NCBI GenBank assembly: GCA_028534125.1
Contig: CM052817.1
Span: 18,602,001-18,666,000, forward strand
Direction of reading: 5' to 3'
Source of the DNA: Lama glama
Lineage: Eukaryota
Length of the DNA stretch: 64,000 bases
The position numbers and the translations under genes were made by a program. Positions 13,070 to 25,085 of the stretch are shown here, piece after piece (positions within the stretch are counted from its first letter, which is position 1; every line of letters begins with the position of its first letter). Below the pieces are notes generated by a model that saw only the letters and a list, made by a program, of their open reading frames with translations, was not told the DNA's origin and ran no database searches.

Positions 13070-13270
13070 ATGGAGAGGGAAGAAGAAAGATTTATACATA
13101 TATAGAGAGATTTATTACAAAAATTGGCTTATACATAGTGGAGAGGCTGTTTAAGCAAATCTGGAATTTGTGGGGGAAGCAGAAAAGAAAATCATGGCCA
13201 AGCTCGAACCCACAAAATGCCTACTGACCCTCCATTCCACCCTGGTGATTTAGTTAGCCTGGCCGAGTCA
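12940..13270 (-). mobile_element. MLT2-type (ERVL) LTR fragment
   Basis: 'caggactcaaccaaagaagcagaatcaagagg-(microsatellite)-gagatttattacaaaaattggcttatac' is the typical antisense MLT2 layout. Confidence 0.7.
12987..13068. repeat. Compound tetranucleotide microsatellite (TAGG)6(TAGA)14
   Basis: Uninterrupted repeats read directly from the sequence. Confidence 0.95.
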
Positions 13271-13369
13271 GTGCATCACAAACCATCGCAGCCCTGAAAG
13301 TTTTTATAAGAAAAAATATTAGTAATAAATCTTTCACGTCAATACGATAATGTCTCATCAAGTGTCTCC

Positions 13370-14081
13370 TGCTTTATGAGAGCTGAGTCTACCCTTGTTG
13401 CCATTATGAGAGCTGAGTCTACCTTTGCTGCCAGTAGATGTAACAGGTGTCCAGGTTCTTGTCCTGTCCCAGAAAGAGTTCAAAGACCAGATGTAGAGGT
13501 TAAGAAAGTAAAATGGGGATTTATTAAGGGATAGATAGGACACTTTCAAGGGGAGAGCCGGCAGGGCAGGCTCAGGTGAGCAGCTGTGCTGAGTTTCTTC
13601 AACAAGTTGGTTCATAGACTGTAAAAATGAATAGTCACTGGGGAGAGAAGAGTTTGGGGTCTTTTTCCTGATTTTCATCCCAACTCCACCTTCCCAAAGG
13701 GAGGAAGGATTTTTGTCCTTATTTAGTCTGGATCAGAAGTGTCATGGCGTCAGAGTATGATGGGTACTTCTAATCTGCAAAGCTCATTTTATTGAAATGA
13801 GGGCATAACAAGCAAAAGGCTACATTCAGACACTGGACACTGAAGATTTCTGCCTTTTCCCACCTTACTTTGTTGGCCTGGGCCGCTCATCACCCCAAAA
13901 AGTTTGACCACTTATCCGCACAGAGGGTCCTGTTTTTCTTTCTCTGCCCAGGGACCCCTGGTGCTTACATGATGTGTGGTTTCCTGCATTTGGCCCGTGC
14001 CCCTCTTTCCTGCCCAATTCCTGACATTTGGCCTTCGTCTCCTTTTCTCTGCTCATATCTAGCTATCTGTCTGCTCCAACA
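13370..14081 (-). mobile_element. ERV1-like solo LTR
   Basis: Minus strand starts TGTTGGAGCAGACAGATAGCTAGATATGAGC, has AATAAA (tttatt near 13521) and ends ...AAAGCA; TCC on both flanks; left boundary could alternatively be 13439. Confidence 0.8.
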
Positions 14082-15928
14082 TCCTGACAATTTTTGCTCT
14101 AGATGTGGAAGAATCGTTCAGCTTGGTTTCCTATGAAGCAATTATAAAGATGCATTGCTACTCTGGTCTAATCACTGTAGAGTGGAAGTGAACGAAGAGC
14201 CAATTTTCAGGGCTTGAGTGGCACTTTGAGGTGTCAAGACTAGAGAGTTCCAAGAGAAACACTGGCTATTCTAAATTAGATTGATATTTTTATTGGTAAC
14301 CAGAACACTTCAAAAATCAAGGTTTTTCACAGTTTGGTGACAAGTACCTTGAACTTGACATTGGTGGAATCTATTTTAAAAAACAGAGTTTAAGTCACGT
14401 CTCATGAATGTTTTATTCTTGGACTTTCTGATATTGCTATCACACTGACAACTAACGTCAATTAAAATCTGACAGGACGTTTAAACGCCAGGGACATATT
14501 TTTACTATTAAATTTCCAAACTGTCTTGATGCTGAATCCTGTACGGCACTTGCGCTGATTTTCTGAAAGCTAAGTGCCGCCGGCCTGCCCAAGATAACTT
14601 GCAAGCAGTTGGTCAGTTATTAAGAGAAAGTGAATGACTGCATGCAGTGATGGTTTCCTTTAAAACCTGATGGCGTAAGGAATTTAGAGCAGAATGGGAT
14701 TACCTTCCTTGTTTAGTCGCTTAGACCATTCTTTTTCCTTCATGACACTAATCTGGAACAATTTGGTCATAAGAATCATGCAAGGGAGAGAAAAGTTAAA
14801 AATCAGCAAGTCTGTGTGAAACTAGTTGGATTTCGTGGCTCCTGAACAGGGCAAAAAGGAAAAAGAAAGACTCTAAAGTGTGGTTTTTTAGAATCTGACT
14901 TTCAGAAGAATTCTTTTATTAGTGAACTCCTATTCACCCAGCTTTCAGCTGAAAATGTCGTTATTTTCAAAGGAGACCATAGCGTTGCATGCTTATTCTT
15001 TATCAGAGGTGATCTTGAGGGCGACTATGCATTCTATTACATAGCCAGGGATCCATGCCTGGAAGGCACTTAGAATGCTTAGAGTCAATTGGATCACAAG
15101 CTTTCAAGCACATATATTTTCTTTGCAGAAAGGTGATTTTTTTTTAACACTTCTTGGGAAATGTAAGTTAGGCTTTCAGGTTCATAAGGCAAAATTTAAA
15201 GCCAACTTAGTAGTTTTTTAATTATTATTTTTGAATAAGAAGATAGTAAAACATGTCAGGAGTATTGAAAATGATTGATCTGGAAATCTGTATAACGTGA
15301 GAGCAAGAACAAATATATTCTTTTCTTTTTAGCATTGGTTTAATTATGAGTAACTTTATAATTTTATTTGCACAAAAAGATGTGTTAAATAGCCATTGGT
15401 TTAACTTAAATATCCACTTCTTTAAAAAGTTCTGTTTACTTGAGAAATAGCAGGGGTATATAAATGTCAAAGTAGTGAGAGAAAACAACGCACTATGTTA
15501 AAAATACTGAAAATAACGACTCTGACTCATGACATAATGCCTTTCCGCATCAGGAACTCTTTAAGGATTTAAATGTATGCTTTTAAAAATGAAAGATATT
15601 ATTGAAAACTGTGATTATCATTATTACTAAGTTTTTGGATTCTTTTTAATTGAAGGAGTTTTACAATTTTTTTCTGAGAAAAAAAAATAGCAGAGGTGCA
15701 GAAAATAAAAGAATCTTCACAAGAGCTTCCTAATACCTGAGTTATTCTTGAATACCTCCCAGGAATATCTTTTTCTCCCCCCTCCCCGCTTTTATCCCCT
15801 GACAAAGTAGGCCTATGACTCTAAGACATCTCTAAGACCACCGATGATTGATAGTAATGAAGTAGACTCTCACTTATCCCTGCTAGCCCAATCAATTTCT
15901 CCCTTGCTAGTTTATCCCTTGTTTCACT

Positions 15929-16403
15929 TGTGAATGAAAAATACTGCAAACCATATCAGTGAACAAAGAATGCTGAAAACATGAAGTCATCAGCGGCTGC
16001 CGCCACCCTCCAGTGAAGACAAGCCTGCAGCGCATCCTTTGCAGCCACTCACAGTGGTGCACCCTGAGGGGACTCAGAATAACAAAGGACAGAATAAAGC
16101 ACCCTAGATAGCTAGATGCTTGTCAAACGAATGAATTCAATGAGCCCAAATGTTTGCTTCCTCCTGTACATAGAAAAGCACTAAATTCTTTAACTTGAGA
16201 TGCCTGGTTTTCTTTAGATAACATGTAATCTTTTATTGTTCCAACTGCCTGGTCTTTGTTGTAAAGCACCTATATATCCTAGCTCCTCCCCTAATTCTTC
16301 GGAGCGGTCCCTCAGAGCCATCTGAGAGGCTGTCCCCGGTTTGAGTCCTCCCACCAAATAAAACATAACTCTCAACTTTTAGGCTGATTTATTTCAGTCA
16401 ACA
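15929..16403 (+). mobile_element. ERV1-like solo LTR
   Basis: TG...CA termini; 'cctatatatcc' TATA-like; 'aaataaaacataactctcaacttttagg'; 4-bp TSD cact/catt. Confidence 0.85.
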
Positions 16404-17039
16404 CATTTACGTAGTTCAAGTGTGGATGAAGATTTTGTACTTCCTAGAGGTCTCTGATTGCCTTTTAAAATTCTTTTTGCTTACCACCTTAGACCATTGA
16501 GTCATTTTTTTTAAAGCAAGCATTGTACTAGGAACGTAAAGATACTCATTTGATTGCATTTCATTTTGTCCCTGTGAAGAGTTCCTCCAAATGTAAACAA
16601 CTCCAGTAAGTCATCGTAGCAAAATCCGAGTTGGTTTGCCAAGGGACAGTCCACCAGTTTGCCAGGAGAGTCTTCGTAGGTGGCAGGGATTACCCTATGA
16701 ATTTTCCCCAGTCCAGTATCTGGCACTCCCATCCTGCAGTCTTAAAATTTTGACTTGTCAGTTCCCCAACAGTGGATTTAGCTCACAGGTACAGATGCAC
16801 ATGAGCCAAGTCCAAGGACTGGTACACAATGTCAGAAGACCCTGTAAGCCAGAACCCTGTAGAACTCTAGACTGGACGTTTTTCTTCCTGAAAACAGATC
16901 CACAGGGGAAGCCAGGTTATAAAAAAAAAAAATTGCTGTTGAATATGGATTCAAAGATGGAGCATATATTATAATGGAAGTTTCTGCATCAGGCAAAAAT
17001 CACCAGACCATTCAGAGTCAGCTGACCACAAATGCTTAC

Positions 17040-17170
17040 CTCTGTGGTCCCGCTGGGAACATCCTCCTCCATGGAGAGGGAAAGTCAGTTTCCAGCGAGG
17101 CTCTTTTCCAAACTTGCTGCTGTGACGTTGCTTTTCAAGGGATCAACAATTACCAATAGTCAACGTCATT
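17040..17170 (-). promoter_or_regulatory. Candidate promoter and first exon (inverted CRE-like pair, CCAAT, consensus splice donor)
   Basis: TGACGTTG 17123-17130 and CAACGTCA 17161-17168; CCAAT 17153-17157; minus-strand donor CAGAG|GTAAGC at 17040/17039. Confidence 0.3.
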
Positions 17171-18057
17171 GACAACTGCCTTTAAATTGCTGTGTATTTA
17201 GTCTGATTATTATAAAGCATGGCTGGCTTAGAAGCCACACCATCTCTTGAAGATAACTTGCCTCTCTGCTCTGTTCCATTTGTGTTTGGATTTCAAATTT
17301 TACAACAGTTTTGCAACAAAAAAGGCAACCTTTTCACAAATGTGGGAGGCCCACCTCTCTCACATTATTATGTGATTTCCTGACCACTTTTCCACTTTGA
17401 ATTACCGAGATATGGTGGGTAGAGATGGAGGCCTTTAGGATTTGTTTTTTCCTTCAATCGTGAGGTTAGTTATTACATCAGTTCTTTCCATGCTTTTCCT
17501 CTGTTGGTAGTCAACAGTTTGGGTGAGTGCTTTGAAATTTCTAGTATTTTTTTTTGCAGATTACTTGTGTCTCAAACTTGTAAAACTTAAAGAGCTTCAA
17601 AATAAAAAAATACAGAAAATATCAGAAAGATCTACTGACTTAGGTCTTCCAAGGCTATTGTAAAGATATTTCTAATGTATTTGTTTAACTTCTCATTAAG
17701 AAAATTAATTTGTTAAAATAACTACTTCTTCTTTTCTAAAACTATTAAAACATTAGATTTCATTATTATGCAAGTAATTCAGTTAAAATATATTTCCATG
17801 TTATTCTTTTTATATAAACATATCTTTTTATAAATATTCTTTACATATTTAATGTGATTCTGACCCCAAGTATGAGGTTGGGGAAGAACATTTAAACAAA
17901 GCATCTTCATCTGCATTGTGGAATAACCACCTCTCATCTGTTGGTTAGTGATTACTTCTAGGAAGACTCTAACAGCTCTTTGAACAGCAGTGAGAATGAT
18001 GTTTTTCATGGAAGACAATTGGCCAGAGACATTATTCATAGCAAGATATGGAAGTGA

Positions 18058-18500
18058 TTTTCACTTATTCATTTATTCATTTATTCAATGTGTATTGAGT
18101 GCCTCTTCTGTACCAGACACTATGCTAGGTTCTAGAGTGATGCTGCCTGATATGGGATTTGCTAGCTACATGTGACTATTGAGCACCTTAAATGTGGTAG
18201 TGCAACCAAGAAAATAAATTTTTAATTTTATTTAGTTTTAGTTAATTAAAGTAAAAATAGCTGAAGCAGTATAAATTTTTCAATTAATTATGTATTGAAA
18301 TGACAATATTTGGGATATCTAAGTTTAAATAAAATTATAAAAAATAAATTTTATCTGATTCTTTTTTACATATTTCATGTGGCTACTAGAATATTAAATG
18401 CCTATGACTCATTATATTTTCATTGAATAGTGCTGTTCTGGAGCTTCTGTGGTGAATAAAATAGATACCATCCTCACTGTCATGAAATTTTATGTTTTAT
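18058..18500 (-). mobile_element. L2 3' end split by MER33
   Basis: 'attcatttattcatttattcaatgtgtattgagtgcctc...ccagacactatgctaggttct', continuing after 18435 as 'gtggtgaataaaaatagatac'. Confidence 0.75.
18138..18435. mobile_element. MER33/MER3-like hAT-Charlie DNA transposon
   Basis: 'ctagctacatgtgactattgagcaccttaaatgtgg...atgtggctactaga...ttgaatagtgctg'; 8-bp TSD ttctagag (18130-18137) / ttctggag (18436-18443). Confidence 0.85.
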
Positions 18501-18769
18501 TACTAATGTTAGATATGGAAGATTACTTTCGATTACTAATTTTTTGCAATGAAAATTACACCAGAATTAAGTAGCTGATGAAATAAACTGAGTAAAAAGT
18601 AAATAATGTGTGTTTAAGTGTTTCTGTACTTAAAAAAAAATCCTATAAGGGATCTTAAATCTGTATACAAATGAAGTTTTACTCTTTTATGTGGTTCTAT
18701 TGTAACTCATTTTATGATGGCATATTAGCCATGTTTTGATTCTGGAGAGAAAGGCCATTACTTTATAGA

Positions 18770-18930
18770 AGAGCTCATTTAATTATTATAATAATCCTGT
18801 GAGATAAATACTACTTCTATTTTACAAAAGAAGAAAGCTAGGCTTTGAGTGATTATTCAACTTTTTAAAATTTATACAAAAATGAGGAACAGATCAAGAA
18901 TGCAAACTCAGATTTCTCATTTCTAACTTC
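18770..18930 (-). mobile_element. MIR remnant
   Basis: 'ctcatttaatt...aatcctgtgagataaatactac...attttacaaaagaagaaagctaggct'. Confidence 0.65.
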
Positions 18931-21699
18931 AAATCTCTCTCTTTGAAGAGACCATTCCCCTTGAAGCTGAAGAGGCTTTTGCAAAAAGCTATATTCAGAA
19001 AATAACACTCTACTTTCAGCTCTGGTCCAGGACACTCACACAACACTGGGAAGAAATTTTGATTTTTCCTCAGAAGAGGAATCTGCCTTCTTCCATTCTG
19101 GGATTGTTGGTTATTATAATCAGTTAGCCACAGTCATTTAATCTTCTAATAGTTTTCTCATTTTTCTTTCTCTTGCTCAGAGGCCTCTGCTACAAGCTGC
19201 ATTAAGGACAGCACCAAGTCCTCTTAGATTTGGATACTAGAAGAAATAGATTAATGAAAGCATTTTTTTTTCCTGAGTAATTTAACATTGTCACTAGGAA
19301 AACATCTGTACCTAGGGACCAAGTTGGTGCAGACACAGGTGGCCTCAGGAAAGTAGACTCCTTCAGTCCCGATCAGCAAAACAAAATTCGACTACCCGAT
19401 ACTAAAAGAAGTGATGGGTGAAGGTGCTCGAAAGTACAAACTTCCAGTTACAGGATAAATATGTCCTTAAGAATAAATAAAAACATAAAACAAGGGATTT
19501 AATAATGACTAACACTCTACTTAATTTTTCTTAAAAAATTCCAATCCCAATTCAAAATGTCTAACCTCTAATCCTCAAATGAAAAGACTGTACTTGTATA
19601 ACCTGAAATTAAATCCCTCAGAAGTCAGAAAAAAAAATTTAGGAAAGATCCTAATATAAATTAAAAGATAATAAATCATCAGAAAGGTACAAAATAATGT
19701 TCTGGAAAAGAAAATAATGTCATATATTTATTTGCCTAACAAACTCTATAAAACAATAGTTAATTATTATGAAAATTGCCCCTATTAGGCACCTTTATTT
19801 TTCATGGCTGCATTATTACTTTTGTAGATTCAGCAAGAAACCATCCCTCTTTTCACCAGGATATACTGGAATAAATCAGTGTTGCAAATTAGATCACGCC
19901 ACAAATCTTGTTTATTTAAGTATAACAAGTCCTTTATTAGGAACAGGTACTATTCGTCCCACATGATCAAATAGAGCAAAACAAGTTAATGACGTTGAAC
20001 TGGAAAAATCAATTAACAAATTTATATGTTCATTAAGGAGGGGGACTTGAACACAAGTCACAATTATAGCTAAGCAGGAGGAAAAAACAAACAAACAAAC
20101 AAACAAAAAACCTCTTCCACCCTAAGATATACTAACGAGAAATAGCATCACTCTGCCTCATTTCTCCACCAAAGTAAATGAACCAGCGAACATTTCCTGC
20201 AATTGGCTAATTCCCTAACAAAGACATTATTCCTGATTTTATAAATATATGTAAGTTTAAATGTTGGATTGTATGGCGCAAATTTTGTAAACCCATTTTC
20301 TTTGTTAAATGCTTGTGTCTGAGGCTTCTTTTTAGAACAGATAACTCGGCAAAAGCAAAGCATATCAAAGTCCATGAGCTGGGGCAAATCAGACCAAATT
20401 TCTGCTCTAGTTGGGGTTTGTGGATTAGTCTCACTGGAGGAGAATGTGGATATTTTCACAACCATGTTAGAAAGAAGATATGCATTTAAAATACAATAAA
20501 GATAAGGGAAAGGATCTGTTTACTTTCCTCAATAAAGGCTTTTTGACCAGCACAGGAAACTCTCATCATCATAATTAACAGCAGGCAGATAAATGCAGTT
20601 GCGTTTTTAAATTGCATCAATCTTTCACTAATGAAAAAACTACTCCTCATTGGTCTTAACACAAGGACACTATAAATAACCATCCTAAAACAGCCATGTG
20701 ATGTGACTGCGTCCAGCATCATCGCTACCACGGAGCACAGAATTTAATGTCTTCCAATCTATCATTGCACTCAAATCCTTTTATTAAATATGGTGAATTG
20801 CAACTAATTCCATAAGTCAAAATCCTTTTCATGTAGTAGATACTAATTAAAGATACCATGCCTTTCAGGCTATTTTATGATTATATATAGCAAGTACAGA
20901 AGTATAACAAATTTTGCCTGGTTTTCAGGTGGAAAAATATTTATTTTTTAGAGAATGCAATGTAAGGCATCTCAGATGATGACTTTCATGTAGTTTCACA
21001 AGGTGAATATTTTTGGGTATTTTTGCGACTTTAGAAATGCTATTGCAAATTTCTTACCTACTTAAGACCCTTTATTACTAACAGGAAGAGTGAGTGATTG
21101 CTCTGCCTAATTTTGGATGTTTGTGATGAGTAGGAAAAGATATGACAAGGATGTCAAATCTCTGTGTTGCTTTTTTTTGTTTTACAATGTAACTAGCAAT
21201 GTCATGTAATTTCTTTTCAATGATAGAGATGGTTTTCTTTTTATAGTCTCATATTAATCAAATTTTAAAAGCCACGTATGTGAACCAGCCTCAAGTGAAT
21301 GTCACATTTCTGAAAGGTTTTAATATAGACAGAGGAAGAACACATGGCAGTGGAATTAGAATGTCTAAGGAGTCTAGAACTAGAAGAAAACAAAAAGGAG
21401 TACTTTCTAGAAATTCACATTTCTAAACAACCATGACTCAGAAATCCAAATAAAAATAATGATGAATAAATTTCCTGATTTTAAAAATGCAGATTGTTCT
21501 CAAATTTTAGTAAAATGTAAATATAGCAAATAATATTATTCCAGTTCAATGTTATTTCTCCTAAATATCCAATTAAATATCCAAATTAACCTGAAAACTA
21601 ATTAAGAAGAATAGTAATATTGCTTATACATTTTCAGGAAAATGTTCCTAGATCGTCCTCTCCAGTCTGGGACTCTATGTGAATTCTACCCTCCTTTAC

Positions 21700-21860
21700 A
21701 GCCATTCATTCTTTTCTCTTTCTCTCAATCATTTGAAATATTTTTAGAGTGGCTACTAAATGCTAGTCACCGTTTTAGGTTCTAAAGTGGAGTCAGGAAC
21801 AAGAGAGAAGAGGTCATGTTCCCTTGGAGCTTGCCTTCCAGTGGAGGGATGGATAAATAG
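21700..21860 (-). mobile_element. L2 3' end
   Basis: 'cattcattc...atatttttagagtggctactaaatgctagtcaccgttttagg...ggagcttgccttccagtgg'. Confidence 0.65.
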
Positions 21861-21874
21861 CTAAGACGGCTTCA

Positions 21875-22291
21875 GTTATTGGTAAATGTTATGCAGAATA
21901 ACAAAGTACCACCAACTACGTGGCTTAAACAATGGAAAGGTATTGTCACCATCCTGGAGGCTGGAAGTCCCAGATCAAGGTGTTGGCAGCTCTGAGTCCC
22001 GTCTGGGGGCTGTGAGGAAGGATCAGTTCCATGATTCCTCTCTAGCGTCTGGTGGTTTGCTGGAAATCTCTGGTATCCCTAAGCTTGTAGCATCACCCTG
22101 GTCTTGATCTTCACATGTTCTTCTCCTGTATGGGCAGTTTCTGTGTCCAAATTTCCTCTTTTTCTACACCATTCATGTTGGATTAGGACCCTTCCTAACT
22201 ACCTCCTTTAAACTTGATTGCCACTGTCAATGCCCTGTCTTCAAATAAGGTCACACATTTTACTCGGAGACCCACAATTTTAGCCATAACA
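21875..22291 (-). mobile_element. MLT1 (MaLR) LTR, MLT1C/D-like
   Basis: 'ataacaaagtaccaccaactacgtggcttaaacaa...ctggaggctggaagtcccagatcaaggtgttggcag...cacaattttagccataaca'. Confidence 0.85.
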
Positions 22292-22692
22292 GTCATTTAT
22301 TTGGCACTGACAGAATTTCAAGTTTGTGACTGTAAACCTATTAACTTTGTAAATTGCAATGTGTGCAATATAGCAAAAAGGATGGAATTGTGTTTTAAGC
22401 CCCCGTTCTGTTACTATGTTGTTCTTTCAGATATGTTGAGATGCATAAGGGTGACTCTTAGGTGATGGACAATTCCACAAATGGTCTTTTTGCATGCTTG
22501 GCAGATTTTTGTACCCCAGTATTTCATAACACTTTTTATATCCATAGAGCTGCATTTAGGGTAAAAAAAAATACAGTGACTTGTTAGTGATGACTTAAGT
22601 GAAGATGAAAATTGATTCATTCCAAATTCACTCAGTTTCTGTGATGTATCAAGCACAAGAAAGGCAGGAATGAGCTCTATGGTGGACAAAGA

Positions 22693-22780
22693 TTCAGGTT
22701 TGCCCAGGACGGTCCCTAGTTAGCCCTGAAAGTCCTGTACCTTAGGAAGCTCCTCAGTCCCAGTCAAATTTGTCTTCCTA
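22693..22780. mobile_element. MER81-like hAT-Blackjack MITE
   Basis: 'caggtttgcccaggacggtccctagttagccctgaaagtcctgtaccttaggaagctcctcagtcccag'. Confidence 0.65.
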
Positions 22781-23399
22781 AGTCTGACAGACTTGCAGTT
22801 CATTATAAAGATTTAATTTTAATTCTATTTTGTGTCTTTTATTTGTTTTTCCTTTTCCCCCCTGAACAGTATTTAGAAGACGATCAAATACACTATTTCT
22901 GAAATGTACAAGAAGAAAATAAAGATGAAGGTCATTTAAATAAAGTTTGGTGAAATGAATGCTGTGATGTCTCATAACTTCCCTTGAACTGGGTAGCAAG
23001 TCTGTCACTGAGTGTTGGCAGACTGTTGACTCATAGGACTTTCTATCGGAGCAAGAGGAAAAATGACTTTCGAGACAAAGGGGCAAAAAATACAGGGCAG
23101 TCCAGGGGATTCTGTAACAGTGCACTTAGAACACCTCTACCCTGAACACTCTTTTCCCCAATTTTTTGCAGAACATCAGCTCTTGCTTCAAGAGGACATT
23201 ATAAATTTAAATCTCAGTTCTGTCTCCCACATCTCTGTGATTTTTTCACCAAGGTTCTGTTTTTGTTTCTAAAACTTGTTTTCTGAACTATTAAAGGTGA
23301 AGAGAGGATTCTTACAATACTTAAAGATTTAATATGAGGTTTAAACGGCATGACATTTCCTAACGCATCTGTATCTAGACAAAAGTAGGTATTCAATAA

Positions 23400-23725
23400 A
23401 TGTTAAATATTAGCACGGGGCTCAACCCATGTGCTACCTCCTCTTTGTGGCCTTTTCTAAAATCTTGGTAAATTCCCTTCACTTCCTCTCTTCCCTGTCC
23501 GTGATCTGTTTTGTCAATTCAGTACTTTATTATGCAGATTTATTTATTACACATATTTATTTCTACTTCTGCTGTATGCAGAAGTAGAATGTATGCAATG
23601 TATGCAAAATGTATGCAAGCTTCTTGCTGATAACAACCAATGATTTCATATTTCTGATGCCTAACACAGTGTCAGGCATGTAGTAGAGATTCAACACATT
23701 TTTGGCAACAGAAAATGGATAAAGA
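23400..23725 (+). mobile_element. L2 3' remnant
   Basis: 'tgcctaacacagtgtcaggcatgtagtagagattcaacacattttgg'. Confidence 0.6.
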
Positions 23726-23879
23726 AGTGGTGAGAATGGTGAGGCAGAGTAGGTCACCCAAGAAGTGAGGAATTGAATACTGGAGAAAATAATTTAAAAT
23801 GTAATAATCAATCACTTTTTACCCAAATTTGCTTCCGTTTATACAAGATGCACATCAATTCATGCTGCCTTTCTACCCC

Positions 23880-24340
23880 TGTGCTCACCCACTGGCTACA
23901 AGAAGAAGGCTTTGTCTGTGATCTTCAACATTTGAGACATTCCCCAAAGATTCCATGCAATGCTATTCATGTCACAATGTTTTTTTACTTGCTGATTCCT
24001 CCATATGAAACATCTTTCTTTCTCCATTTCCACCCTACCAACCTCTCTTCCCTCTTCACCCAAATAAACGTTAGTAATTCTTCAAAACTCAGTTTCAGTA
24101 GGCTTTTCCAACCTACTCCAACCCCACTGCCCAAGGCCTAAATATATTTCTTGTATATTCTATTGCGTACCATGTAACATTCTTCCATTCCCTCTCTCTC
24201 TTTATCTTATAGTTGCCAGTTGTGTCTTGAGAGTGAAAGCATACTCGTGGAAGAGACAGTCAGTGACTCTTATTTCTCTATATTACACCTTAGCCAGTGC
24301 CTGATATGTAAAGAATACAAAAATGATTTTTAAATGAATG
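23880..24340 (+). mobile_element. L2 3' remnant
   Basis: Pyrimidine-rich body ending 'cttagccagtgcctgatatgtaaagaatacaaaaatgattttaaatgaatg'. Confidence 0.55.
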
Positions 24341-24789
24341 TCTTTGAATCTGAAATCAAGCAAGCACGTACCTTCTCCTCATTTGACAGACGCTGTATCA
24401 CTCCCGGGTTGTGCAGGGTGAATTGTTACACTGCAGCTGTTGCTTTCTAGGGAGCTACAGCAAGGCTGTACAATGGAGTTTACTGACTACAGATTGAAAG
24501 ATTGTTTGCTAGCAATACACTAGGATCCTCTCCATTAGGTGTCAACCATTGTCGTCTTAAGGTTCAAGTCCTATGAGCTAGCTCTCATCTGGGGCCAAGT
24601 ACACTGCTTGACAGAAACATCCTCTTCCAAGTCTGTGATTCAGTGACGGAAAGATGGTTAACAGCCAGGTAGGGGTTCTTTACTTACAGTTTACTTAAAT
24701 TTAAATTATACCTTCTTCAATTAAGGTCATACCTTCTGCCTGTGAATTATGTATATTCCTTTTTTATACAGAATAATCACCTATAGACC

Positions 24790-24960
24790 TAAGCAAAGGG
24801 AGCACTAGACATAGAGACAGGAGCCTGTGGTTGAGCTGTGTTCTGTCTGGGAAAGCTACTTGACCAGGGGCATGCTGATTAAACTCTTTATCCATTTCCT
24901 CTTCTCCAAAAGAGAGAGTAGAATTCCCATCTCAGAGTATTATTGAAGAAATGAAATTAT
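24790..24960 (+). mobile_element. MIR remnant
   Basis: 'gggagcactagacatagagacaggagcctg...tccatttcctcttctccaaaa...cccatctcagagtattattgaagaaatgaaatta'. Confidence 0.55.
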
Positions 24961-25085
24961 ATATATGTGTATATATATTTATATTATATATATAATAAAG
25001 TTATATTATATAATACATGTGTATATATGTATATTACATATAATAATGTTATGTTATATATATGTGTGTGTATATATATATATAA
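24958..25085. repeat. Degenerate (TA)n/(TG)n low-complexity tract
   Basis: Read directly from the sequence. Confidence 0.85.

Noticed and set aside
13374..13433. CRISPR-like 30-bp direct repeats
   Set aside because: Only two adjacent copies, no spacers, mammalian LTR context
19313..19403. Possible minus-strand exon (ttcttttag...AG|GTACAG)
   Set aside because: Stops in all three frames and no support beyond splice-like motifs
24371..24447. Possible minus-strand exon ending AAG|GTACGT
   Set aside because: Weak acceptor and stops in all three frames
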